NCBI RefSeq assembly: GCF_050920415.1
Contig: NZ_CP169309.1
From: Escherichia coli
GTDB lineage: Bacteria; Pseudomonadota; Gammaproteobacteria; Enterobacterales; Enterobacteriaceae
Direction: 5' to 3' (one strand)
Length of the DNA stretch: 64,000 nt
Made by a program: the position numbers and the translations under genes. This document shows positions 48,502-56,723 of the stretch, piece after piece (the stretch's first letter is position 1; the number at the start of each line of letters is the position of its first letter). The notes below the pieces were generated by a model, which saw nothing but the letters and a program-made list of their open reading frames with translations, searched no databases and was not told where the DNA came from.

Positions 48502-49920
48502 ATGGTAAACCTGGTCATAGTTTCACATAGCGCCCGACTGGGAGAAGGTGTCGGTGAATTAGCCCGTCAGATGTTAATGAGTGATAGCTGTAAAATCGCC
48601 ATTGCCGCGGGAATTGACGATCCCCAAAATCCCATTGGTACCGATGCCGTCAAAGTGATGGAGGCCATCGAGTCCGTTGCCGATGCCGACCATGTGCTGG
48701 TGATGATGGATATGGGTAGCGCATTATTGAGTGCTGAAACTGCACTGGAGTTGCTGGCCCCCGAGATCGCCGCAAAAGTACGTTTGTGTGCGGCACCGTT
48801 AGTCGAAGGTACACTGGCAGCAACAGTCAGCGCGGCCTCGGGAGCAGATATCGACAAAGTTATCTATGACGCCATGCATGCGCTGGAAGCCAAACGTGAA
48901 CAACTGGGTTTACCGTCCTCCGACACCGAAATCGCTGACACATGTCCTCCGTACGATGAAGAAGCCCATTCTCTGGCCGTGGTCATTAAAAACCGTAACG
49001 GCCTTCATGTACGTCCGGCCTCCCGGCTGGTTTATACCTTATCGACATTTAATGCCGATATGTTGCTGGAGAAAAACGGTAAATGCGTCACGCCGGAGAG
49101 TATTAACCAGATCGCGCTACTACAAGTCCGCTATAACGATACGCTGCGCCTGATTGCGAAAGGGCCAGAAGCTGAAGAGGCGCTGGTTGCTTTCCGTCAG
49201 CTGGCTGAAGATAACTTTGGTGAAACGGAAGAAGTTGCTCCGCCTACTCAGCGGCCCATTCCGCCTGTTTCGGGTAAAGCCTTTTATTATCAACCAGTTT
49301 TATGTACGGTACAGGCAAAATCAACTCTGACCGTGGAAGAAGAACAAGAACGATTACGTCAGGCAATTGACTTCACGTTATTAGATCTGATGACGTTAAC
49401 AGCGAAAGCAGAAGCGAGCGGGCTTGACGATATTGCCGCAATCTTTTCTGGTCACCATACACTGTTAGATGATCCAGAACTGCTGGCGGCGGCAAACGAA
49501 TTTCTTCAGCATGAGCATTGCACAGCAGAATATGCCTGGCAGCACGTTCTTAAAGAACTAAGCCAGCAATACCAACAACTGGATGATGAATATTTACAGG
49601 CTCGCTATATCGATGTGGACGATCTTCTACATCGCACCCTAATCCACCTGACGCAAACGAAAGAAGAACTCCCGCAATTTAACTCGCCAACCATTTTACT
49701 GGCGGAGAACATTTATCCGTCTACGGTTCTGCAACTGGATCCGGCGGTTGTAAAAGGGATCTGCCTTAGCGCCGGAAGTCCGGTATCCCACAGCGCCCTA
49801 ATCGCCCACGAACTGGGGATTGGCTGGATTTGCCAGCAGGGTGAGAAACTGTATGCGATACAACCTGAAGAAACGTTAACGCTGGACGTTAAAACGCAAC
49901 GTTTCAGCCATCAGGGATAA
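48502..49920 (+). CDS. dhaM: PEP-dependent dihydroxyacetone kinase phosphotransferase subunit DhaM (EIIA-HPr-EI-like fusion)
   Basis: 472 aa from ATG 48502 (MVNLVIVSHSARLGEGVGELARQM...); HPr-like segment with NGLHVRPAS. Confidence 0.93.
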   Translation: MVNLVIVSHSARLGEGVGELARQMLMSDSCKIAIAAGIDDPQNPIGTDAVKVMEAIESVADADHVLVMMDMGSALLSAETALELLAPEIAAKVRLCAAPLVEGTLAATVSAASGADIDKVIYDAMHALEAKREQLGLPSSDTEIADTCPPYDEEAHSLAVVIKNRNGLHVRPASRLVYTLSTFNADMLLEKNGKCVTPESINQIALLQVRYNDTLRLIAKGPEAEEALVAFRQLAEDNFGETEEVAPPTQRPIPPVSGKAFYYQPVLCTVQAKSTLTVEEEQERLRQAIDFTLLDLMTLTAKAEASGLDDIAAIFSGHHTLLDDPELLAAANEFLQHEHCTAEYAWQHVLKELSQQYQQLDDEYLQARYIDVDDLLHRTLIHLTQTKEELPQFNSPTILLAENIYPSTVLQLDPAVVKGICLSAGSPVSHSALIAHELGIGWICQQGEKLYAIQPEETLTLDVKTQRFSHQG

Positions 49921-49929
49921 ACCACCGTT

Positions 49930-49957
49930 CGGATGGCATCGTTCTGATGCCATCCGG
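49930..49957 (+). terminator. Strong stem-loop downstream of dhaM (REP-like or terminator)
   Basis: Perfect 11-bp inverted repeat CGGATGGCATC-GTTCT-GATGCCATCCG starting 10 nt after the dhaM stop; T-run is displaced about 20 nt. Confidence 0.4.
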
Positions 49958-50240
49958 CAATTTACTCTGCTCTGATATTTTTTAACTACCTGTTATATTT
50001 TTTACCAAATCATGATGATTTTTTCTGCGCTAATCGCAAACCAAACGTCGCTGGCTGGCTAATAAACAGACTTTATTTAATTACTCTATTTCACCCTTAT
50101 TTATCCCTTTAATCTCCTTTTCCAAAATGCCTGACAGTTCGCAGAATGAGATTTCGATCATGCAGTTAGTGCGATCCTGAACTAAGGTTTTCTGATACTT
50201 GAATACCGTTTTGTTCGGTTTCGCCCAAGGAGAATGATTG

Positions 50241-51938
50241 ATGAAAGCCACCGCCCCTCCTCGCCCGCAAAAAATAGCGTTAATTCCCGCCTGCGTTTTG
50301 TTGTGTTTCGCTGCGCTAGCGGTGCAGGCAGAAGAAACGCCAGTAACGCCACAGCCGCCTGATATTTTGTTAGGGCCGCTGTTTAACGATGTGCAAAACG
50401 CCAAACTTTTTCCGGACCAAAAGACCTTTGCTGATGCCGTGCCGAACAGCGATCCGCTAATGATCCTTGCAGATTATCGAATGCAGCAAAACCAGAGCGG
50501 CTTTGATCTGCGCCATTTCGTTAACGTCAATTTCACTCTGCCGAAAGAGGGAGAGAAATATGTTCCGCCAGAAGGGCAGTCGCTGCGCGAACATATTGAC
50601 GGACTTTGGCCTGTATTAACGCGTTCTACCGAAAACACCGAAAAATGGGATTCTCTGTTACCGCTGCCGGAACCTTATGTCGTGCCGGGCGGACGTTTTC
50701 GCGAGGTATATTACTGGGACAGTTACTTCACCATGTTAGGGCTTGCCGAAAGCGGTCACTGGGATAAAGTCGCGGATATGGTGGCCAATTTTGCTCATGA
50801 AATAGACACTTACGGGCATATTCCCAACGGCAACCGCAGTTACTATTTAAGCCGCTCGCAACCGCCATTCTTTGCCCTGATGGTAGAGTTACTGGCGCAG
50901 CATGAAGGCGATGCCGCGTTGAAGCAATACCTGCCGCAAATGCAAAAAGAATATGCTTACTGGATGGACGGTGTTGAAAACCTGCAAGCCGGACAACAGG
51001 AAAAACGCGTTGTAAAACTTCAGGATGGTACCCTTCTCAACCGCTACTGGGACGATCGCGATACGCCACGACCAGAGTCATGGGTGGAAGATATTGCCAC
51101 CGCCAAAAGCAACCCGAACCGGCCTGCCACTGAAATTTACCGCGACCTGCGCTCTGCCGCTGCGTCTGGCTGGGATTTCAGCTCGCGCTGGATGGACAAT
51201 CCGCAGCAGTTAAATACCTTACGCACCACCAGCATCGTACCGGTCGATCTGAACAGCCTGATGTTCAAAATGGAAAAAATCCTCGCCCGCGCCAGCAAAG
51301 CTGCCGGAGATAACGCGATGGCAAACCAGTACGAAACGCTGGCGAATGCCCGTCAAAAAGGGATCGAAAAATATCTGTGGAACGATCAACAAGGCTGGTA
51401 TGCCGATTACGATCTGAAAAGTCATAAAGTGCGCAATCAGTTAACCGCTGCCGCCCTGTTCCCGCTGTACGTCAATGCGGCAGCGAAAGATCGCGCCAAC
51501 AAAATGGCGACGGCGACGAAAACACATCTGCTGCAACCAGGCGGCCTGAACACCACGTCGGTGAAAAGTGGGCAACAATGGGATGCGCCAAACGGCTGGG
51601 CACCGTTGCAGTGGGTCGCGACAGAAGGATTACAAAACTACGGGCAAAAAGAGGTGGCGATGGACATTAGCTGGCACTTCCTTACCAATGTTCAGCACAC
51701 CTATGACCGGGAGAAAAAGCTGGTGGAAAAATATGATGTCAGCACCACCGGAACAGGGGGCGGCGGTGGCGAATATCCATTACAGGATGGCTTTGGCTGG
51801 ACCAATGGCGTGACGCTGAAAATGCTGGATTTGATCTGCCCGAAAGAGCAACCGTGTGACAATGTTCCGGCGACGCGTCCACTCAGTGAATCAACAACAC
51901 AGCCGCTAAAACAAAAAGAGGCGGAACCTACGCCTTAA
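50241..51938 (+). CDS. treA: Periplasmic trehalase
   Basis: 565 aa from ATG 50241 ([32 protein letters not shown]...); AAGGAGA SD 7 nt upstream; signal peptide; termini differ from the K-12 sequence I recall. Confidence 0.94.
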   Translation: MKATAPPRPQKIALIPACVLLCFAALAVQAEETPVTPQPPDILLGPLFNDVQNAKLFPDQKTFADAVPNSDPLMILADYRMQQNQSGFDLRHFVNVNFTLPKEGEKYVPPEGQSLREHIDGLWPVLTRSTENTEKWDSLLPLPEPYVVPGGRFREVYYWDSYFTMLGLAESGHWDKVADMVANFAHEIDTYGHIPNGNRSYYLSRSQPPFFALMVELLAQHEGDAALKQYLPQMQKEYAYWMDGVENLQAGQQEKRVVKLQDGTLLNRYWDDRDTPRPESWVEDIATAKSNPNRPATEIYRDLRSAAASGWDFSSRWMDNPQQLNTLRTTSIVPVDLNSLMFKMEKILARASKAAGDNAMANQYETLANARQKGIEKYLWNDQQGWYADYDLKSHKVRNQLTAAALFPLYVNAAAKDRANKMATATKTHLLQPGGLNTTSVKSGQQWDAPNGWAPLQWVATEGLQNYGQKEVAMDISWHFLTNVQHTYDREKKLVEKYDVSTTGTGGGGGEYPLQDGFGWTNGVTLKMLDLICPKEQPCDNVPATRPLSESTTQPLKQKEAEPTP

Positions 51939-52070
51939 CTTTACTGTATATCGAGCAATGCCATTACGTGCATAAAATTGGCATTGCTCTTTCTTCATCA
52001 CGAAATACCACTCTTTCTACAGTCTATGCCTTTATTTTCTTTTATTAGGGAAGATTTTAATTTTATTTTA

Positions 52071-52090
52071 TCAACTTATTAATCATTACA
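52071..52090 (+). promoter_or_regulatory. Candidate Fur-box-like site (CTTATTAATCATTAC)
   Basis: Partial match to the GATAATGATAATCATTATC Fur consensus in the AT-rich region upstream of the uptake operon; judged by eye only. Confidence 0.25.
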
Positions 52091-52216
52091 CCTCTATTTA
52101 TATTTTTCCCCACTCCCCATTCTCCCTGACAATTTTCTTGTGGAACAAAGTGTTATTTAAGAAACAAGCAAATCATTCTGTCTCTTTAGACAAATTTTGA
52201 CATCAAACATGATCTT

Positions 52217-52250
52217 TTTCGCTATATATGTAAGTATATATCGGTTTTAA
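52217..52250 (+). promoter_or_regulatory. Candidate sigma70 promoter for the uptake operon (-35 TTGACA 52217-52222; A/T-rich -10 region about 52241-52249)
   Basis: Consensus TTGACA hexamer about 50 bp upstream of the ATG at 52268, followed at 17-19 bp by CTATAT/TATATG; CAGGA SD before the ATG. Confidence 0.4.
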
Positions 52251-52267
52251 TTATCAGGATATTACTT

Positions 52268-53290
52268 ATGTCACTAACCAGACGGAGGTTTACACAGATT
52301 CTTGCGTCGACATTGTTCCTGCATCATCTGCCGTCCTTTGCACAATCAGTCAAATTCTGGGCCTCACTGACGCTTCCCGAAGCCCAAAACATTACACGCA
52401 TCGTCAGCGCAGGCGCGCCCGCCGATTTACTATTGCTGGCTGTCGCGCCAGAAAAAATGGTCGGTTTTTCCTCTTTTGATTTTGCCCGTCAGGCATTAAT
52501 TCCATTGCCAGAGCACATTCGCCAGTTCCCCAGGCTGGGACGACTCGCCGGGCGCGCCAGCACACTCTCGCTGGAAGGGCTTATGGCATTACATCCCGAT
52601 TTGGTCGTTGATTGCGGCAATACGGATGAAACCTGGATCTCCCAGGCACGGCAGGTTAGCGAACAGACACAAATACCCTGGTTATTGCTTAACGGGAAAC
52701 TGGAACAATCAGCAGAACAGTTAACAACGCTTGGCAAAACGTTAGGCGAAGAGCACCGCGCCGCAGAACAAGCCAATCTCGCCAGCCGCTTCGTTGGTGA
52801 AGCTAAGGCATTCGCCACCTCACCCGCCGCTAACCTCAGCTTTTATGCTGCGCGCGGTCCTCGAGGGCTGGAAACGGGCTTACAGGGTTCGTTGCATACC
52901 GAGGCGGCGGAATTATTAGGTTTGCACAACGTCGCGCAAATAGCCGATCGCCACGGTCTGACACAGGTTTCCATGGAAAATCTCCTGCGCTGGCAGCCGG
53001 ATATTATTCTGGTTCAGGAGGCCGTTACTGCAGATTTTATTCGTCGTGATCCTCTCTGGCAGGGCGTGAAAGCGGTTGCGGAACAACGCATCTTATTTTT
53101 AAGTGGCCTGCCCTTTGGCTGGCTGGGTGCCCCGCCGGGAATCAACCGTCTTCTGGGATTACGCAGACTTCACGCCTGGCTGGATCCCGCCATCAATCGC
53201 CAGTTTAAAAGTGACATGCAGCATTACGCCCAACTGTTCTGGCATTGCCCATTAAGTGACGCTGACTATCAAAAATTGGTGGCGAGCTAA
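52268..53290 (+). CDS. Periplasmic substrate-binding protein (FecB/BtuF-like) with twin-arginine-type signal peptide
   Basis: 340-aa ORF MSLTRRRFTQILASTLFLHHLPSFAQS...; RRRF motif then hydrophobic region and AxA-like cleavage site; first gene of a coupled operon. Confidence 0.8.
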   Translation: MSLTRRRFTQILASTLFLHHLPSFAQSVKFWASLTLPEAQNITRIVSAGAPADLLLLAVAPEKMVGFSSFDFARQALIPLPEHIRQFPRLGRLAGRASTLSLEGLMALHPDLVVDCGNTDETWISQARQVSEQTQIPWLLLNGKLEQSAEQLTTLGKTLGEEHRAAEQANLASRFVGEAKAFATSPAANLSFYAARGPRGLETGLQGSLHTEAAELLGLHNVAQIADRHGLTQVSMENLLRWQPDIILVQEAVTADFIRRDPLWQGVKAVAEQRILFLSGLPFGWLGAPPGINRLLGLRRLHAWLDPAINRQFKSDMQHYAQLFWHCPLSDADYQKLVAS

Positions 53291-54270
53291 TGAGAACCGT
53301 AAACGGATGTATTTTGCTGCTGGCAGCTATCAGTATCACTTTTGCCGCCGTAAGTGGGGCTTATCATCTCGATATACAGCAACTGCTGGCGCTCATTCTG
53401 CGTCAAGAAAATGTTCCTGTGCAGGAACAAATTGTCTTCTGGCAAATCCGCGTGCCGCGTATTCTTGCTGCGCTGTTTCTGGGCGCGGCGCTGGCAGGGG
53501 CCGGAACCACCTATCAGGGAATGTTCCGTAATCCCTTAGTGTCACCGGATATTTTAGGCGTCTCCGCCGGTGCCGGACTTGGTGCCTGCGCGGCAATCCT
53601 GTGGGGATTATCCATTGTTTACATCCAGCTGTACGCATTTTGCGGCGGGCTGATGGTGGTCGCGGGCGTCTGGTTGATTACGCGTCGGGTGACCCGCCAC
53701 GATCCGATCTTAACCCTGGTGCTGGTAGGCATTGCGTTAGGAACGTTGTGCGGAGCGGGGATATCGCTAATAAAAACGCTGGCCGATCCTTACACCCAGT
53801 TACCGTCAATTACCTTCTGGTTGCTGGGGGGGCTGTCCACCGTGACCTTACGCGATCTCTGCTATGCTGCACCGATCATTCTCATAGGCTCCTTGCCCCT
53901 GTTTTTTCTCCGCTGGCGCATGAATTTACTCACGCTTTCCGACGACGAAGCCCATTCGCTGGGACTGAACGTGACACGTCTGCGCTTTGGATTGATTGTC
54001 TGCGCCACACTCATCACCGCCAGCACGGTAGCAATAGCGGGCATAATTGGTTGGGTCGGCCTGGTCGTTCCGCACATTGCCCGCTTGTTGACCGGTCATA
54101 ACCATCAGCAGCTATTGCCCATGGCAATGTGTACTGGCGCGATTCTGCTCCTGCTTACCGATACGCTGGCACGCAGCATTGGAACAACAGAAATCCCACT
54201 TGGCATTCTGACCGCTTTTGTTGGTGCACCGTTTTTCCTGTTTTTGTTGTTACGCGGAGGTCGCCAGTGA
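53290..54270 (+). CDS. ABC transporter permease (FecCD family)
   Basis: 326-aa polytopic ORF; start overlaps the upstream stop (TAATG); FecCD-like segment SPDILGVSAGAGLGA. Confidence 0.85.
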   Translation: MRTVNGCILLLAAISITFAAVSGAYHLDIQQLLALILRQENVPVQEQIVFWQIRVPRILAALFLGAALAGAGTTYQGMFRNPLVSPDILGVSAGAGLGACAAILWGLSIVYIQLYAFCGGLMVVAGVWLITRRVTRHDPILTLVLVGIALGTLCGAGISLIKTLADPYTQLPSITFWLLGGLSTVTLRDLCYAAPIILIGSLPLFFLRWRMNLLTLSDDEAHSLGLNVTRLRFGLIVCATLITASTVAIAGIIGWVGLVVPHIARLLTGHNHQQLLPMAMCTGAILLLLTDTLARSIGTTEIPLGILTAFVGAPFFLFLLLRGGRQ

Positions 54271-55025
54271 CTTTGCTTGCCGTCCGTCATGCGTCTCTGG
54301 GTTACTCCCGCCATCCGATGCTACGCGACGTGTCCTTCACCCTGTCGCAAGGAACAATTTGTTGTCTGTTAGGAGCCAATGGTTGCGGCAAAACCACACT
54401 CATGCGCTCCATTCTTGGCGTTATACCGTTATTAAAAGGCGAGATCTTACTGGATAGCCTCCCTGTGCAGACACTCAGCCATCGCCAGCGCGCGCAGGCT
54501 ATTGCCTGGGTGCCGCAGGCGCACGACGGCATTTTTGCTTTTAGTGTGCTGGATATGGTGTTGATGGGCCTGGCCCCCACCATAGGCGCTTTTTCCGTTC
54601 CCGGTAAGCAAGAACGCCTGAAAGCAACGGAGCAACTGGAAAAGCTGGGCATTTTGCATCTGGCGACACGACGCTGGAATACACTTAGCGGCGGTGAACG
54701 TCAGCTGGCTTTAATCGCCCGTGCACTCGTCCAGCAACCGCGCTTGTTATTACTGGATGAGCCTGCCTCCAGCCTCGATTTCGGTCATCAGATCCAACTA
54801 CTGGACACGCTGGCGCAGCTCAAAAATAACGGCATGACAATGCTAATGTCGACTCATCATCCGCTCCATGCCAACGCCATTGCCGACAGCATTATCCAGG
54901 TAGAGCCAGATGGACGAGTAACACAAGGCTTACCGACCGAACAGTTAACAACGAACAAACTGGCTGCCCTGTATCGGGTTTCTGCCGACCAGATTCATCA
55001 TCACCTCTCTGCAATTAGCCACTAA
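54267..55025 (+). CDS. ABC transporter ATP-binding protein (FecE-like)
   Basis: GTG start overlapping the permease stop (GTGA); Walker A GANGCGKTT, signature LSGGERQ, Walker B LLLLDEPASSLD; the track ORF extends upstream in the same frame. Confidence 0.85.
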   Translation: MTLLAVRHASLGYSRHPMLRDVSFTLSQGTICCLLGANGCGKTTLMRSILGVIPLLKGEILLDSLPVQTLSHRQRAQAIAWVPQAHDGIFAFSVLDMVLMGLAPTIGAFSVPGKQERLKATEQLEKLGILHLATRRWNTLSGGERQLALIARALVQQPRLLLLDEPASSLDFGHQIQLLDTLAQLKNNGMTMLMSTHHPLHANAIADSIIQVEPDGRVTQGLPTEQLTTNKLAALYRVSADQIHHHLSAISH

Positions 55026-55034
55026 GGAACAATC

Positions 55035-55847
55035 ATGCTCATTGATGATATTGATTTTGCGGACCTTTACCTGCAGCAACTCAAGCTGGCCCACCGCACA
55101 GAAAAAACGCCGGATCACTGGGATCAACGGGCGGAAAAAATGGCGGAAAATTGCGCCTCGCCTACGGACAGCTACCTGCAACAACTGACCGCTAAAATTG
55201 ATCTGCAAGGCGCGCAGACCTTATTCGATATGGGCTGCGGACCGGGTACCGTATCGCTGGCGCTGGCTGACAAACTCACGACGATTTATGGCATTGATTA
55301 CAGTCAGGGGATGCTGAAGGTTGCCGCCCGTCGCGCCGCCGCGCTAAAGGCAGACAATGTCCACTGGATCCAGCGCGCATGGGAAGAGGACTGGAGTGAC
55401 CTGCCACGCTGCGATATTGCCGTGGCTTCCCGCTCCACTCTGGTGGCTGATATGCGCCAGGCAATGAGCAAACTGAATAATCAGGCACGGCTTCGCGTCT
55501 ATACGACTCATCTGGTCAGCACCTCGTTCGTCTCTCCAGCCATTCAGCGGGCGGCTGGTCGGGAAGTGATCGAATTACCCAACTATATCTTTGCGCTCAA
55601 CGTCCTGTATCAGATGGGAATTTATGCTCACGTTGATTTTATCCGCGGACAAAATTGCCCACAGGATAACAGCACCTGGGAACGTTTTGAGCAGAACGTC
55701 AGCTGGAGTCTGGGCGCGCTTAACGACGATGAGCGTGAGCGGTTATATCGCTGGTATCAACAACAAGATGCTCGTGCCCTCGCCCCTGCCAGCCGCGACT
55801 GGGCGCTCATCTGGTGGGATAGCGTACCGCAAGAGGCACTGCGATGA
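55035..55847 (+). CDS. Class I SAM-dependent methyltransferase
   Basis: 270-aa ORF with SAM-binding motif I (LFDMGCGPGTVSLALA) and acidic motif II (IYGIDYS); AAGGA SD upstream. Confidence 0.75.
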   Translation: MLIDDIDFADLYLQQLKLAHRTEKTPDHWDQRAEKMAENCASPTDSYLQQLTAKIDLQGAQTLFDMGCGPGTVSLALADKLTTIYGIDYSQGMLKVAARRAAALKADNVHWIQRAWEEDWSDLPRCDIAVASRSTLVADMRQAMSKLNNQARLRVYTTHLVSTSFVSPAIQRAAGREVIELPNYIFALNVLYQMGIYAHVDFIRGQNCPQDNSTWERFEQNVSWSLGALNDDERERLYRWYQQQDARALAPASRDWALIWWDSVPQEALR

Positions 55848-56698
55848 TTTTCCTTTCTCAGGCACAAATCGATGCGTTACTGCTGGAAGATATCCAGGGC
55901 GGTGACCTGACCACGCGAGCATTAAATATTGGACACCAGCATGGCTATATAGAGTTTTTTCTCCGTCAGGGCGGCTGCGTCAGCGGCATTTCTGTCGCGT
56001 GTAAGATGTTAACTACGCTGGGATTAACTATTGATGACGCGGTCAGCGACGGTTCACAAGCGAACGCGGGTCAGCGGCTAATCCGTGCGCAAGGTAATGC
56101 CGCAGCACTTCATCAGGGATGGAAGGCAGTCCAGAATGTGCTGGAGTGGAGTTGCGGTGTTTCTGATTATCTCGCTCAAATGCTGGCGTTACTTCGTGAA
56201 CGTTACCCTGATGGCAATATCGCCTGCACCCGAAAAGCAATTCCGGGTACCCGCTTACTGGCCTCGCAGGCAATTCTGGCTGCCGGAGGACTGATTCATC
56301 GTGCCGGATGTGCGGAAACCATATTATTGTTTGCCAACCACCGCCATTTTCTTCATGACAATCAGGACTGGTCAGGCGCAATCAATCAGTTACGTCGCCA
56401 CGCACCCGAGAAGAAAATAGTTGTTGAAGCCGACACGCCGAAAGAGGCAATCGCCGCGTTACGCGCGCAACCAGACGTACTTCAGCTCGACAAATTTAGT
56501 CCGCAACAGGCAACTGAAATTGCGCAAATAGCACCGTCGCTGGCTCCCCACTGCACGCTGGCTCTGACCGGCGGAATTAATCTGACAACACTCAAAAATT
56601 ACCTCGACTGCGGCATTCGCCTTTTTATTACCTCCACGCCTTACTACGCGGCACCTGCTGACATTAAAGTCAGTCTGCAACCCGCAGCCTCTATTTAA
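55844..56698 (+). CDS. ModD-family protein (quinolinate/nicotinate-nucleotide pyrophosphorylase fold)
   Basis: 284-aa ORF MIFLSQAQIDALLLEDIQGGDLTTRAL... with TRKAIPGTR motif typical of the NadC/ModD family; ATG overlaps the methyltransferase stop (ATGA). Confidence 0.7.
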   Translation: MIFLSQAQIDALLLEDIQGGDLTTRALNIGHQHGYIEFFLRQGGCVSGISVACKMLTTLGLTIDDAVSDGSQANAGQRLIRAQGNAAALHQGWKAVQNVLEWSCGVSDYLAQMLALLRERYPDGNIACTRKAIPGTRLLASQAILAAGGLIHRAGCAETILLFANHRHFLHDNQDWSGAINQLRRHAPEKKIVVEADTPKEAIAALRAQPDVLQLDKFSPQQATEIAQIAPSLAPHCTLALTGGINLTTLKNYLDCGIRLFITSTPYYAAPADIKVSLQPAASI

Positions 56699-56723
56699 TT
56701 CTTTGTTAAACGGAATTTATTCT

